A stretch of 64,000 nt of DNA from the human T2T-CHM13v2.0 reference genome, Homo sapiens, in assembly GCF_009914755.1 (NCBI RefSeq), contig NC_060931.1. One strand, 5' to 3'. A program made the position numbers and the translations under genes. The notes under the pieces are model-generated. The model saw only the letters and a program-made list of their open reading frames with translations. It did not search any database and was not told the origin of the DNA. Of the stretch, positions 27,014-46,482 are shown piece after piece; within the stretch, counting starts at the first letter, position 1, and every line of letters begins with the position of its first letter.

Positions 27014-27159
27014 GCTCCGTCCCCGTACACCTTGATGGTGTTCACACAGTTCTTGACCCAGCCCCTGCTCTGGAGGAAGGGGCTGTCCTCCAGGAACTCC
27101 AGGCACTGGCCCGTGAAGTTGCAACCCTCGAAGATTTCTAGGCGGAAATGTTCTCCGTG
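27014..27159 (-). CDS. CRYGN: Gamma-N crystallin exon 3 (Greek key motif 3)
   Basis: AG|CAC...GC|GTGAGT, 146 nt, HGEHFRLEIFEGCNFTGQCLEFLEDSPFLQSRGWVKNCVNTIKVYGDG(A). Confidence 0.95.
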
Positions 27160-28829
27160 CTCCAAGACCAAGCAAAAAAGAAGGAAAGAAGGAGGTTGCT
27201 GTGAATTCCCCTCTCCCAGAAACAGAAGCCCCATGCAGGAAGGAATTAGGAGGTACCCAAGGCACTGGGCACCCCCACCCCACACACTTCAACCCCACAC
27301 TTCTGTTTGTTCTTCCACATGAGATGTGGTTGGAAGAAAGGGTTCTATTACTCTGAAAATGTTCCAAGCCACTGAGCTGGTCCAAGCTCCTCTTTCTACA
27401 ACTAGAAAATCTGAGGTCCAAAGAGGGCCAAACTGACCAGAGGCCAGCGGTCACACTCAGACCAGGGCTGGGGTCACGGGGCTCCCTCTGGGTGCTCAGC
27501 GTGGGGGACTCCGGCCCTGATCACAGCCACACACTCCGGGTTCTGACTTCCCCACCCCTGGGCCACAGCCCATGGGCAAGCCTTCAAATGATAACATTTT
27601 AAAACTGTAATAGAACCTTTTAGTAAAACATAAAGCCAAAAATCTAAAACAAATACCAGATCTCATGTGCTGAAACCCCTGCTGGCCTTGACATCATTGT
27701 CCCCTAGGCTCAGCACATCTCCCTATATGATTCCCGCATTTCCAAAAGACAGAGGAGGGCCAGCCCCTGCCTGGCTCAGAAGCCGGCAGGGCCTGGTCTG
27801 CGTCACAGCTGGCCCCAGGCTAGCTCTTAGGAGAACAGCAGTTCGCAAGATACCAAGGATGTTTTTCATATAAATAGCATTATGCAGGGTCCAGGGCCAA
27901 CCATTTAAATTTCTTTTTTCCAAATGGACCACAGCCTGGAAGAAATACTAAGGAAGCATTCTTACAATTTGAGATGCCAAAGCCCAGCTGGTTTTGCAAC
28001 TGATACAGAAAAGAGAGGGGGCACCACACAAAGGCCCCTTTACTGGGGTTCCTCAGATGTTCACCAGAACCACCCAGCCCAGGCGTCGGGGGAGGGTCCT
28101 CAGCAGACATAAGCGAGACGCTCTGTGATGAGAGATGCACGCCCCCAGGCTCAGGAGTCCGCCACTCCCCACCTGAAGCTCCAGAGCTCACAGCAGGTCA
28201 GTGAGTACCCATGACCTGGGGGAACGGCCTTGCTTAAATCCCACCCTAGGAGCAGCTGGACCGAAACAGTCTTTCGCCACCGGGGAGCCATGCCCCTCGT
28301 CTGCCCTCCCTGCACACACCTCTTGGGCGGCAGCTACCTGTGTAATTCCAAGGGACCTGCCCCCCAATTTTCCCCTGACAGGCGGGTGATTCTTCAGCTT
28401 CCTCCATCAGCCATTCCAAGACATGGAAGGCTCCAGAATGTGCCACAAGACCACCTGTACTAGTGGCCACACTAGGCCCAAATCAGCCTCCCATTGGCGG
28501 AGTGTCCCCTATCTGGCTGGAAATCTAAATTTGGATGATTTCAACAGCATTTTAAATGGAAAATGCAGCTAGATTTTTGGCTCCGAAACTTAAAGTGGTT
28601 TATTGATACCTGTATGAAAACTCAGGGCCACTCCCACTCAGTTCATAGCAACTTGGCCCCCCACCTACTCACCTCATGCCAGCAGGTGGCTCTGGGTATA
28701 GCTCCTTCAGTCTTACAGACTTTAAAGCCGGGAGGACCACGCTCCCCGATTCCTTGCCACTGTCTGCCAGGGCTGACCCTCGGTCCCTCCAGCAGGAAGA
28801 CTCAGCCTTCGGTGGACGGGCCCACTCAC

Positions 28830-29078
28830 CATTCCTACAGGCCGACAGGAGCCCATGTGGTCACTGTGGCTGTTCCAGCGGAAGAAGTCGGGGTAGTCGC
28901 CGTGCTCCAAGATGAACTGCTGGCCCCGGAAGTCGGGGTGATTGAAGCAGACCCAGGCTCCGCTCTCCACGTGGATGGAGTTCACTCGGTTCATAAAGCC
29001 CCGGTCCTGGAAGTTGTCACAGTCCCCGAAGACCTCCAGCTTCTGCCCTGTGAAGTGCTTGCCTTCATAGAGAGTGAT
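28830..29078 (-). CDS. CRYGN: Gamma-N crystallin exon 2 (Greek key motifs 1 and 2)
   Basis: TTTCTAG|ATC...ATG|GTGAGT, 249 nt, ITLYEGKHFTGQKLEVFGDCDNFQDRGFMNRVNSIHVESGAWVCFNHPDFRGQQFILEHGDYPDFFRWNSHSDHMGSCRPVGM. Confidence 0.97.
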
Positions 29079-30659
29079 CTAGAAAGGGCAGGTTACAGAG
29101 CTCAGGGTCAGGGGCTTCTCTCCGTCAGCGTTGGAGGCTGGCGTCTGGGTCCCAACACCCTGGATGGAACCCCTACTCCCAGGCCCCCAAAAGCCCAGAC
29201 CTGCTGCACACAGTAGGTGCCCAACACTATTTGCCAATTGGGCAAAAGAACGAACAGCTGGCAGGCTGATGCCATACACAGCTACTGTTCCTCCCCACCC
29301 TTAGGAGCTCACAGTGGGGCAGACAAATTTCAGCAGCGATTTGGGGACAGGGGTTTCCCCTTTGTCTAGGTGCCCATTTCAAAATGGGCTGTTTTCAACT
29401 TCCACTGCATTTTTAACTCATTTTTTAATTATTAAAACATAAAGCCGATAATAACATTAAAGGAGGTGTTTTCAAAAGAAGAAATTTCACCCACAACCCT
29501 CTCATGGTAACCCAGCATATATTTTGCAGAAATTCGGGTTCCTGGGATTGGGCCTCCTTCACTGGAGAGGCTGAATGGGCCGAAGCCGCGTCAGGGCCTG
29601 GCTCGGGATTAATGTTCGCAAAAGAGGGCTTATAAGTGCCACCCTGTCTCTCTGTGTTTTGTAGGTCACTCCTTTGGGTAGCAGGCATGTATCAGATCTG
29701 GAGCTCCATCACCCTGCTGGGAGTTCAGACATCGTGTCTTATAGCTACGTGGCACTCACAGGTTGTCCTTGTCCCGAAACAAAACAAAGTGAAGCAATAA
29801 CAACCCGCCAGACTCATTTCCTGCTGTGGAACCTAAAATCTCAACCATTTAGTAACTCTTTGGGTTTCAAGAACTGTGGCCCTAGAAGGGTCCTGCCAGA
29901 GTGCAGTGATGTTCCCCATCACTATGGTCGCTTGTGCCTCACCAGTGTCTCCAGTTCGCTCAAAAGAACACGAGAATTGCCCTTCCAGGCCCCTTGGAGT
30001 CAGGCGTGGCCACATGCGTTCACCGGAAAGGAGGCAGACACCTTGGCGTTCTGCACCCCAGAGTTACTGGGGCCCTTTGTTACTGAAGCATCACCTGGCC
30101 CATGCAGACTGATACAGCAACACAGTCACCCCCAGACACTCTGGAATGTGGCCTTGGAGACCAAAGGCTTCATGGGAGTGGCTAGGCTAGGGGCACTGGA
30201 GAGGGCGAGGGAGAGCCAGGTCTCCCGTCCTTCCTGCACCAGGCACGGCTGGTAGAGGGCCCCTGAAACCTTCAGGGAGGTCTGGGCACCAAAGGGATTC
30301 GGGGCTCCCTCAAATCTCAACATTTTTCAGAGAACCAGCCCTAAGTGTCCCTGAAGAGACCCTGGGAAGGAAAAGCCATAGAGGCCAGCCTTGGGCAAAG
30401 AAGCCGCAGCAGTGGGGCGGAGGGCTGTGGGACAAGCCAAGCCTCCCCCACCCCAAGGAAGCCCCAGGGAGTCTGAACACCCTCCCTGCTCCTGACTGCA
30501 GGGCGAGGGGTTGGAATCCCAGAAGGAAGGAGTGGAGATGGAGACCTTCCTATCCATCCACACCAGAGAGGCCCCAGGCCAGTAGCGAGGCCACCCCATT
30601 TTATTAAGAAATTAAACCAGCTTCCCTTGGATTTGTCACCATCAACAGTGTGCACCCTC

Positions 30660-31100
30660 CTGCATCCCCTAGCACAGGGGGCGAAGGCGGAGCCCCACTC
30701 GGTTTCCTTGGGGTTGAGGGACGCACTCACCTTCCCCGAGCGCTGCGCCATGGTGCGCCCCGCCCCTTCCGCGGGTCCCCGTTTACACCGGGCAGCGCCC
30801 TGCTGGCTCAGCGCCGCCCCGGACAAAAGATTTGCTGGGCCGGCCCCGGAGCGTTAGTGCTGTCGGGCGTGCTAAGCCCGAGGGGCCACCAGGCGGTTGG
30901 GACCCGCCGCGGCCACCCTGTGCCACCGCGAGTGCAGCCCGCCCTGCCCGGGGTCTCCCTGTGCTCTCCGCGTTTAGCTCCCGAGCCTCCTTCCTCCCTG
31001 AGCCCTCCCGCCCAGCCCGCGGCTGCCCCTGCCCTGCCCTGGAGTGGTGGGGGGAGGAGGGGAGGTGTCTCTCTAGCCCTCCAACCTTTCTTCCCCTGCG
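30660..31100 (-). promoter_or_regulatory. CRYGN CpG-island promoter with SOX site, MARE-like element and degenerate TATA
   Basis: CpG-dense. Minus strand reads CTTTTGT (30829-30823), CGCTGAGCCAGCA (30813-30801) and TGTAAA (30787-30782). Confidence 0.75.
30731..30751 (-). CDS. CRYGN: Gamma-N crystallin exon 1 (N-terminal arm)
   Basis: Strong Kozac-type context GCACCATGG, MAQRSGK, donor AAG|GTGAGT; phase 0 matches exon 2. Confidence 0.95.
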
Positions 31101-32046
31101 CTGCCCCTCAGCCCTCACGCCCATCTCCCTCCCTCCCAAGGCCTGTTCCGAGCTCCCCAGCCCACTCCCCTTTCTCACCTGGCTGCAGGTAGTCTCGCCT
31201 TGGTGCCAACTTGTTTGTCTCCACGAGGATGCAACCCAAGCTTCCCCGGACAGACAGACAGCCCTTGACCGCCCCTCCCCTGGCTGCTCTGGTCTGAGCT
31301 CCCAGGTCCCCACCTTAGACCTCCGGCTCCAACTCACCCAGCTCCTGATGCACCCCCCCACACCCCACAAAACGCCAGGCCAGGTCAGGCCTCCCTCCTC
31401 CCGCTCTCTTCCTGCCTGCCTCCCTCCCTGGCACTCTCCCTCCCTGGGTCCCTCTCTCCTTGAAGATCCTGCCTAGGGTGCCCAGGTGACCCGCGCTGCC
31501 CTGAGCTGGGGGTACAGTGCTCTGCCCCTTGCCTCTCTGCTGCACCAACTAAGCCACCCTGGACGCCCAGGATCAGTTTACAGCACAAAGCAGCCCCACC
31601 GCGGAGGGAGAGTTCCCCAGGGCCCAGAACGAGCACTTGGCAGACAGCAGAGGCTCAGAGATTGTGGAGTGAGCAGAGCGAACATGGAGCCCACAGGATG
31701 TGCAGCCCCCACACGGCTGGGGAGATGAGCTGGGAACACAGGACTCATGACTCAGATGGCTGGGGTGGTGGGGGACAGGCTCTGAGATCAAAGGAGAGAG
31801 GGGCAGGTGCTCCACAGGGGCTTCTGCTGGAGGGGAGGGAGGAGCTTTGGGGAGGAGTTTGGGCTGCTCTTCCTTCAAACAGTATATTTTTATGACCATT
31901 TCACAGATGAGACACTGAGGCCCAGGAAGAGGAGGTTATGTGATTCTTGGGGCAGAGGGGTGACCTTGCCTCTGCTGTGGGAGGTTTTCAAAAGTAGACA
32001 GGGTACAAACCAGAACCTGCATGTCACCCTTGAACCCAGGGACGGT

Positions 32047-32078
32047 CCTCCCTAGGGACGCCCCTCCCTAGGGACGCC
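32047..32078. repeat. Perfect 16-bp tandem duplication CCTCCCTAGGGACGCC x2
   Basis: Read directly. Confidence 0.95.
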
Positions 32079-32679
32079 GCCCAGCTGCCTCCACTGGCGC
32101 CCTTACTTGCCAAGCCACACATTCCAATGTTTCTCTCTGGACCTGGGCCCTGGTGGGGACATAAAATTAAAAACAAAATCTCCAGCCAACCCAGAAAACT
32201 TCTCCACGAAGGTAGAAGGAAAAAAAAACAATTTTATTATTGAATAAACTTTAAACTGGAATGCGATCTGCATCACGATCTCTCCCCTAAGAGATCGCAA
32301 AGATGGAGAGAGATCTCACTCTTCTGTAGCCAAGCAGACACAACCCACTGCATTCATGTTTTCAGGATAAAATTGCTGATTTTCTTGTATCTCTATGACT
32401 GGAGGTGGGTTTTGCAATTTGGAGTCAGGTGACAGCTGAAGTCAGGCTTCTTAGGAAACGGGGAGGGTGGGGGCACTTACTCCTTGATGTCAAGACTCAA
32501 AGAGGCTCCCAGAGGAAACATGACTGAGTTGTTAGACTGGCAAGAGGCTTGTTTAGCCATTAAAAAGATTTACACACATTTGAAAATGACAGAGAAGGAA
32601 ATTCTGCAAGAAAAGGGAGGAAAGGGAAGCCTCTTCCCTTATTTTCAACAGGGAAAAATAAGCCTTAAAAAAAGGTTTT

Positions 32680-35369
<2,690 letters not shown>

Positions 35370-36844
35370 TGAGAAATATATATGAAAAAATGCCTAGCTG
35401 AAAGCCCCACGCAAAGAATTATTAAAAATGGGTAGATGAATAAGATACCTGCAAATTTCACCTCCATTCCCTATTTCTAATGCAATATCTCAATTCCCAC
35501 CTGGGATTTTATTATAATTCAGTTACCAGAGGAGGAGTCTGCTAAGATTCATATTATCTATTTGTGGCCAGGTAGAACCCCTCCCCAAAATAGCTACATA
35601 ATATGCAAATGCCAGTATCACCAAACCTCAACATCAGAGTCATTTTTTTGAGTCATCTTTGGTAGAGCACTGTTAAAATGTACCTTGAGGTAGGTGAGAT
35701 CTTGAGTCACTATACAGCTGCTAGTTGGGGACAAAATTCTAAGGAAATGGACTGAGAATAAATATCGTGACAGCACAGAAGAAGCAAGGCTAAGAATGCT
35801 ATCATGGCTTAAAAAATAAAATCTCAATAACATGTAGCCTTAGAACTACCAGTAGCTGCTCAGCATTGGAGAGTTTTACAGCGTGGAGGCTAATGGTTTT
35901 AATAATAAATCACCCTGAGCCATCACCCGTTTGCCTGCCTCCCTTCTCTGCCTCTTGTCTCTCCCGTTTTTGGGTAATTTAGAGCACAGAGAAGAATAGG
36001 AAATAATATAAGGAACAATAACACCACCATACAAAGTTTGTCAAATCTTAGCATTTTGCCAGGTTTATGTCGGATCAATGTTTTTCCTTAAAATAAGAAA
36101 TCATTATACATAGAATTGAAGGCTTCCTTCCCCATAAGGATAAGATACTGTCCTGATTTTTGTGTTATGTCTTTGTGTGTTTTCATCTTTTTACTTTCTT
36201 TGTATGTATCTGTAAATAATAGAAAATTTTTAGTGTGGCTACATTATATGTAGCCTTCTGCAATTTGGTTTTTTGTTTTAGTGACAAGAGTTTCTGAAAT
36301 GGTGAATGAACAAAGCTCAGTAGAATTCCTCAGAAAACTAAGTAAAATCTTCCATTTATATATCTAATAAATTGCATACCAGGAAATCTTCAGTATATAT
36401 TAAAGCCACACAAAAAATACTATGCGTTTCTAGGGGAAATTGTGGGACAGTGTCTCCTTGGATGTGGTGGGATATCCAGCATCCTGGGGCCTGCCCACCC
36501 ATCCTCCAGCATTCTGACAAACAGAAACACCCTACAAAATTCCAACCACACCCTGGGACCAATACTGCCTCCTTTGAGGCCCATGCCTCTGGGTGAAATT
36601 GCTGGGTTGAAGCATGAGTTCACCTTCAAGCCACTAGATGCCACAGAGGTCTTCCAAATTGCCCCACTGACATACAGATGAGATCTACCCTTGGTAGTTC
36701 CAAGGCCAGTTGCTCAACATCAGTTCAAATGTATAGCGTTCATTTGAATTGGATCTTTTGTAAATTGCTTGTTCATATGCTTTGCTCATTTTTTTCTGTC
36801 TTTCCTTATTGATTATGTGTGTGTGCCTGTGTGTGTGCAAGTGT

Positions 36845-37137
36845 TTCTTTGTTTTAGAGACAGAGTTTCACTCTGTCACCCAGGCCAGAGTGCAGTGCCA
36901 CGATCATAGCTCAATGCAGCCCCAAACAACTGGGCTAAGGCATCCTCCTGCTTCAGCCTCCCTTGTAGCTGGGACTAAAGGCACACGCCCACACCCAGCT
37001 AGGTTTTTAAAATTTTTTGTAGAGACGGGGTCTCACTATGTTGCCCATGCTGGTCCCGAGTTCCTGGCCTCAAGGGATCCTCCTGCCTTGGCCTCCTAAA
37101 GTGCTGGGATTACAGGCATGAGGCACCATGCCTGGCT
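36845..37137 (-). mobile_element. AluJ-like element
   Basis: Diverged reverse-complement Alu dimer. Confidence 0.85.
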
Positions 37138-37760
37138 GTGTGTGTTTTAACTTGCTATCTATTCTTTTGCTGTGTGTGTGTGTGTGAGTCCGCTATCTGT
37201 TCCTTGGCTGTTGTCTATTCCTTGTTGTGTGGGTTCATTTTAGACTTTTCCCAGTTTGTTGCTACTCCCAAACCTGCCCTAATTCAATACAAAGTCATGT
37301 GAGTGGGCAATGAGGCCCTTCCAGCCCTTCACTCTGGAGCTCTGGGTGTGTGTGACAGGCTGAGGGGAGGCACTTTCCCAGTAGCCCCCTGCCTCCAGCG
37401 TCATCCTAATGCTCTTGGGAGCAGAGTGGTCCTGGGGCTTGGGAGAGGCCATCCTGGGTAGCGTTTGAGAGACAGGACTCAGGACTCCCCTCCAAATTGA
37501 GGCTGTATGTGACACCACTGTGTGAGACCCCCAGGTTCTGCCCCCTTCCCCACTTCCTTCTCCATGCCCACTCCCAGCTCCAGCCACTGTCAGTACCAGT
37601 GGAACTGCTGCAGGAGCCTCTCAGCATCCCAGTCTGTCTGCTCTGGGCTCCTCCAGACCGTTCTCCACCCACAGCAAGAGCGGCTGCTTTCCCTATATAT
37701 ATATTATGAGTCATTTCAGGCAGCAAATCTACCTTCCAGTTTAAGAAATAAGACATTACA

Positions 37761-38127
<367 letters not shown>

Positions 38128-38441
38128 TTAAAACCTATAATGTGATCCTACCTAAAATTGCTCAATGGCTTCCCATGGCCCTTCAAGTGAAGCAGGGACC
38201 AGGACACGCAGGACCCTGAGATCAGGCCTCCTGAGATGTTGCACCCATCCTGGGGTGCGGTCCCAACACCTGAGCTGAGCTTCCCAGGGCTCAAGGACCT
38301 GGTCTCGCTGCCCGCGCCTCCCCCCAGCCCCACTCCCCAACCTCTCTCGCCAGCGGGTACCATCGCATCTGTGTGGGCGAGGCGCTCAGCGCTAGAGCTG
38401 TGGACACCAAGGAGGAGGCGCTCAAAAGATGTTTACAAACG

Positions 38442-38928
38442 GGCTGGGCGCGCTGGCTCACACCTGTAATCCTAGCACTTTGGGAGGCCGAGGCAGGAGG
38501 ATTGCTTGAGCCCAGGAGTTCGAGACCAGCTTGGGAAACACGGTAAGACCTTGTCTCTACTTAAATTATATATATATATATATACACACACACATACATA
38601 TACATGAGAGAGAGAGAGACCGGGTGAGGTGGCTCACGCCTGTAATCCCAGCACTTTGAGAGGCCGAGGCGGGCGGATCACCTGAGGTCAGGAGTTTGAA
38701 ACCAGCCTGGCCAACATGATGAAACCCCGTCTCTACTAAAAATACAAAAATTAGCTGGGCGTGGGGGCAGTCACCTGTAGTGGCAGCTACTCGGAAGGCT
38801 GAGGCAGGAGAATCGCTTGAACCCGGGAGGCAGAGGTTGCAGTGAGCTGCGGAGGTTGCAGATCGCGCCACTGCACTCCAGCCTGGGCGACGACAAAGCG
38901 AGACTCCGTCTCAATATATATATTTATT
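38442..38928 (+). mobile_element. Alu monomer with a (TA)(CA)(GA) tail into which an AluS inserted
   Basis: A single outer TSD AAAGATRTTTAYAAACG (38425-38441, 38929-38945) brackets both elements. Confidence 0.85.
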
Positions 38929-38979
38929 AAAGATATTTATAAACGAACAAAAAGTTGGAAACACTTTGCATACCAAAGC

Positions 38980-39730
38980 TCAGGCGTGGGCGAGAGCGGG
39001 GAGACTAGACTCCGTCCGCGGTCCAGGGCTGCATGGGGCAGCGATGCCCGCTCTGCCCAACGCTCCGCTAGCGAAGCGCAGTTCGTGGTCGCCAGGCCTG
39101 CAGCTCCCGCCTGGGCTCCGCGCTTCCGCACCGGGCTGCGGGTTCCTCTCTCCGCCTCCTGCGCCGGGTCAGCCCCGGAGGACACTGATGAGTGCGTGAA
39201 TGAGTAAGGGAATAAATGCGCGAAGGCCAGCACCGCCAGGCTGCAGCGCCGGCCGAGGGCCCCAGCGGAGCTCGGCGGGGGTGCGGGGCGGTTCCAGGAG
39301 CCTCGCCCCCTGCTGGGGACCCAGCTTGTGCCCTGGCGTCGTGGCCGCCGGCAGGCAGCAAGGAAGGGGGTGTAAAGAGCCCGGTTAGGCTGAGTCCCTG
39401 CCCTTCCGAGGGAGCCCGTCTGCGAGTGAGCCCGTCTGCAAGTGAGCCCGTCTGCAAGTGAGCTGGGCCTGGGCCTCTGCAGGGGTCGCCCCGCCAGCCC
39501 GGGCCCCCTGGCTGCGCCCCGTTTCCAGCCGGCGTCAGGGAGGGGGCTGCAGTGCTCCGGGGGTCATCGGATTCGGGCGGGGAAGGAAAGGCGGGACGTC
39601 TGCGCCCCAGAAGACAGTCCCCGGGTCTCCCACCCTGAAAGCCAGCGAGGTTCGGGTAAATGAAAGTTGCTGAAGCCTGACCCCTCGTGGTGGGCACAAT
39701 CACCACACGCCCCAGGGCGGCCGCGGGAGG
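38980..39730. promoter_or_regulatory. Intergenic (orphan) CpG island with CTCF-type motif
   Basis: CpG-dense non-repeat DNA with GC boxes and CCAGCAGGGGGCG on the minus strand at 39304-39316; no coding exon recognised. Confidence 0.8.
39412..39463. repeat. Minisatellite GAGCCCGTCTGCRAGT x3.25
   Basis: Read directly. Confidence 0.95.
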
Positions 39731-39759
39731 ATTTAGAATTAGAATTATTATTGCCGTTA

Positions 39760-42450
<2,691 letters not shown>

Positions 42451-44633
42451 GTGCCATCCCGGGCAGTAAGCCTGTCCCCGCTCTGGTTAGTTGGGAAAGA
42501 TGTATGTCACCAAGGGGAGGGAGGCCCTGGCCTCACAGGGTAGGAAGGGCCTGCCTGATCCAGCCCAGGGAGGGGGGCTCTGTGCTGCGTCCCCTGCCTC
42601 TGTCCCCGTGTGGTCCCAGTGCCGCTGTCCCCCTGGAGCAGGGCTGTCCATCATCCTGAGGTGCCACAAGTCCCTGCTGTGAGGCAGGGGCACCACCCGA
42701 AGTCACACTGTCCCCACCAGGGCTCCTGGCCCTGTGTCTCCGTGGCCTGATCTGGGAAAGGTGCACGTGAAATCCCTCCACACAGACCCACCATGAGGGT
42801 CAACAGCAAAGTGGGTGTGGGGGCCATGGCATCGCGTTTTGATCTTTTGGTGTTTAATGAATTCTCACTGTTTAATTAGTCTCCACTTTGAAGCTCACAA
42901 CAAGCCCACCATCTTGGCAGGGTTCTGTGCGGTTAACCCATTTCACAGATGAGCAAGCTCCTCCCAGAGGAGCAGAGGGACTGGTCACCAGGTGAGCGTG
43001 GGGTGCTCCTGAAAGCCCACAGCTCAGGCGGCCTGGCACCGGCAGATAGGACAGCTAGCCGCAGTGGCAGGGAACCCCGGAGTCGCCCTGGGCACCCTCA
43101 GGCTGGGCTCCTGGGAGGGCTGGAGCGGACTCAGGAGCAGCCAGTGGCCCTGGGAGACAGGGAGCGGGAGGGTGGGAGGAGCAGCTTTGTGCCTGCCAGG
43201 GCCTGAGGGAACAACTGCACGACTTTGCCTCTCTTTGCTTTTCCTGATGATGGGGGCAGCCTGGCAGCTGCTGTGTGTCTTCTGCTCTTTGTCACCTCCC
43301 GTCGCCCGCTAGGTGTGGGAAGTCATGCAGTCACCTGGGTTTGATTCTTTGCTCCCACTTGTCCCTTCCCCAGGCAGGAGGTCAGCGCCTGTGGCTCCTC
43401 TCTGGGTGGTGGATGCAGGTTCTGCTAGCTTCATAAAAGATGACAGGGACTGTCACTTTCTACTCTCTGGGAAGAGTTTGTTCCTTAAAAATTCTGGACG
43501 GTCCCAGCCTGATGCCATTCTAGGGTTAGATTTTTGACTTCCAGGTTCCATTTCTGTAACAGGTCTAGTTCTAGCCAGGTGTTCTATTTTTTTCCTGAGT
43601 CAATATCGGTAATTTATGCTCTTCTAGTCTACTGATTATTCCATCTAAAATGTCAAACGCATTGGCATAAAGACATCCACGGGGTAAACTGGAACCGTGC
43701 GAGCCTGCTTCATCTGCAGCGACGCCCTCTCGCCGTGCTTTCTCATCTGCATCATGAACACACCCCACTCATTGGGGGTGTGTGGAGGGTTGGAGAATGC
43801 CCCAAAGGGGCCCAGCTTAGCTCAGGGCCCCCACCTGATGGCACCACCAGCCTTGGCTAGTCCCAGCAACCAGGGAGAGACTTAGACATTTTTGAATATT
43901 AAGGAAGGCATTCCAAGGTTCTGGGGGGTGAGGGTGGGAGTGCTGGTCCCTGAGGCGCAGGCTTCTTTCCTGGGCGTAAGGCAGGACTGACTCCAAGAGC
44001 AGGGACTGTGCACAGCCAGGCCCTAGGGTACTGACCAAGCAGGGAGCTCCAGGGGCTGTGGCAGCTGGGGTCCACGGTGACCCCCTCAGTGCCCCACTGC
44101 AGACGCTACAGTCCCCTCAGCTGTGGTCCCAGGCTGCAGCAGCGTGTGTCCTCATGCTCAGTCTTCCAACCTCAGGACTCTGGTGCACACAGCCTCGCTT
44201 GCTTCTCACGTTACAGCCCTCCGGGCTAGAGCCTCATTCCTTCAGGATCTCTGGGTCCATGGCTCTGAACAAGGGAGCCCCGGACAGTTCACTTGGGGCC
44301 AAGTGGGGTCCCTGCCCAGCTCACTCCTGGTCTGATTGCCTGCAGCGGGGGGCAGGCCACACAGCACGTGGTCCCACACCAGCCAGGGGCGGGGTGGCAA
44401 AGCACAACATGGGAGCCTGCCTCCTGACCTAGGTCACTGCGCCTTTGCATCACCATTTGGTCCCGGTGGAGTCCGAGTGGCTCAGGACGAGTCTGAACAC
44501 TGGGCCAGTGGCAGAGCAAAGGCAGGAGGAGGAGAGAGGAGAGGAGCTCCTATCAGCAGGGATGTGGCTTTCACCGCAGCACCACATGCAGGATGAGATG
44601 AGACGTTTGTGGGGTTCACATCAAGAGAGGGTT

Positions 44634-45226
<593 letters not shown>

Positions 45227-46482
45227 TGTTTTTGTTTTTTAATTAAAACCGGCCTGCGGCAGGAGCTCCACGCGTGGAATGTGGAAGACAGCGGCTTTCC
45301 CAGGCCTTCCTCCTCGTCTCGGTTCACTTGCACTGCTGTAACAAAATTCCTGAGACTGGGTAATTTAGAAGGAGAAGAAACTCATGTTCTCACAGTTCTG
45401 GAGTCTGGGAAGTCCAGGTTATGGTGCTCGCAGGGGCAGGGGCTGGTGAGGGCCTGTTTCTCACCAATGGCACAGTCTGTCTTCACGCGGCATAAGAGAG
45501 TGGACCCACTACCTCAAGCCCTTTGATAAGGGCCCAGAGCCCATCCGTGAGGCTTCACCCTCAGACTTCCTCCCCCTTGGAAAGGCCTCTCCTCTTCCTA
45601 GTATCACACTGGTGATTAAGTTTCAATATCTAAATTTTAGGGGGTATGTTCAGACCACAGCACTCCTCAAATCCAAGCAGGATGTAGCAGAAGACAGAGG
45701 AGAAAGACTGGACAGAGCGTCTGTGTCCTGAGCCCGCAGGGGAGCTGCGGGCACCCTCAGGAAGTCCCACAAGGAGCTGTGGGCCAGCCACCATCAGGTG
45801 ACAGGTGGCAGGAAAGGGGGCTCTAGCCCTGGAGCCCAAGGGCCTGCATGTGAGGAAGACGCTGTCCAATTGCCCCTCAAAACCAGGATCTGTGGAAACA
45901 GAAAAAAACATGACAGCAAGGCCTCACATCCCACAAGGACTCTAGTTCCAGGGGTTATGGAGCCTGCATGCCCGGCTTGGGGTTCCAAGGACCTGGCTGT
46001 CATTGCGCTGCTGGGTGATGTCAGACACGTGCTGTGCGCTGTCTCTTGCCACCTTCCCTGCAAAGCCATGAAGAAGCGGCGGGCAGAGCGGGCACCCCGC
46101 AGTGCCAGGCCCCTCCCCTTTCCTGGGAGCCTGCACTTTCAGGTCTCCCTTCACCGTGAACCGCGAGGCCCCTGGGAGGGCTAAGCGTTTCTGAAAGCAG
46201 GTGCTGCATCTTCACGAGGGGCTCAAGTGTGGCCCCCAGTCTAGCAGCACCAAGGTCACCTTGAACTCATCAGAAGTGCCAAGTCTAGGGCTCTACCCCA
46301 GAACTGCTGAATCTCAATCGACACTAAGCAACACCTTCCCCCAGGTGGCCATCTCAGGGCTGCTGACATGTGCATACATGCGTATATACATGGATCCACG
46401 CATGTGTGTGAATCAGCTGGGACCCTGGACAGCTGTTAGAAAACGTGGGTTCTCGTCTTGGTTATAACATGGATTTTCTGGC

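Noticed and set aside
39412-39463. Direct repeats considered as a CRISPR-like array
   Set aside because: Head-to-tail units with no spacers in a eukaryotic locus; an ordinary minisatellite.
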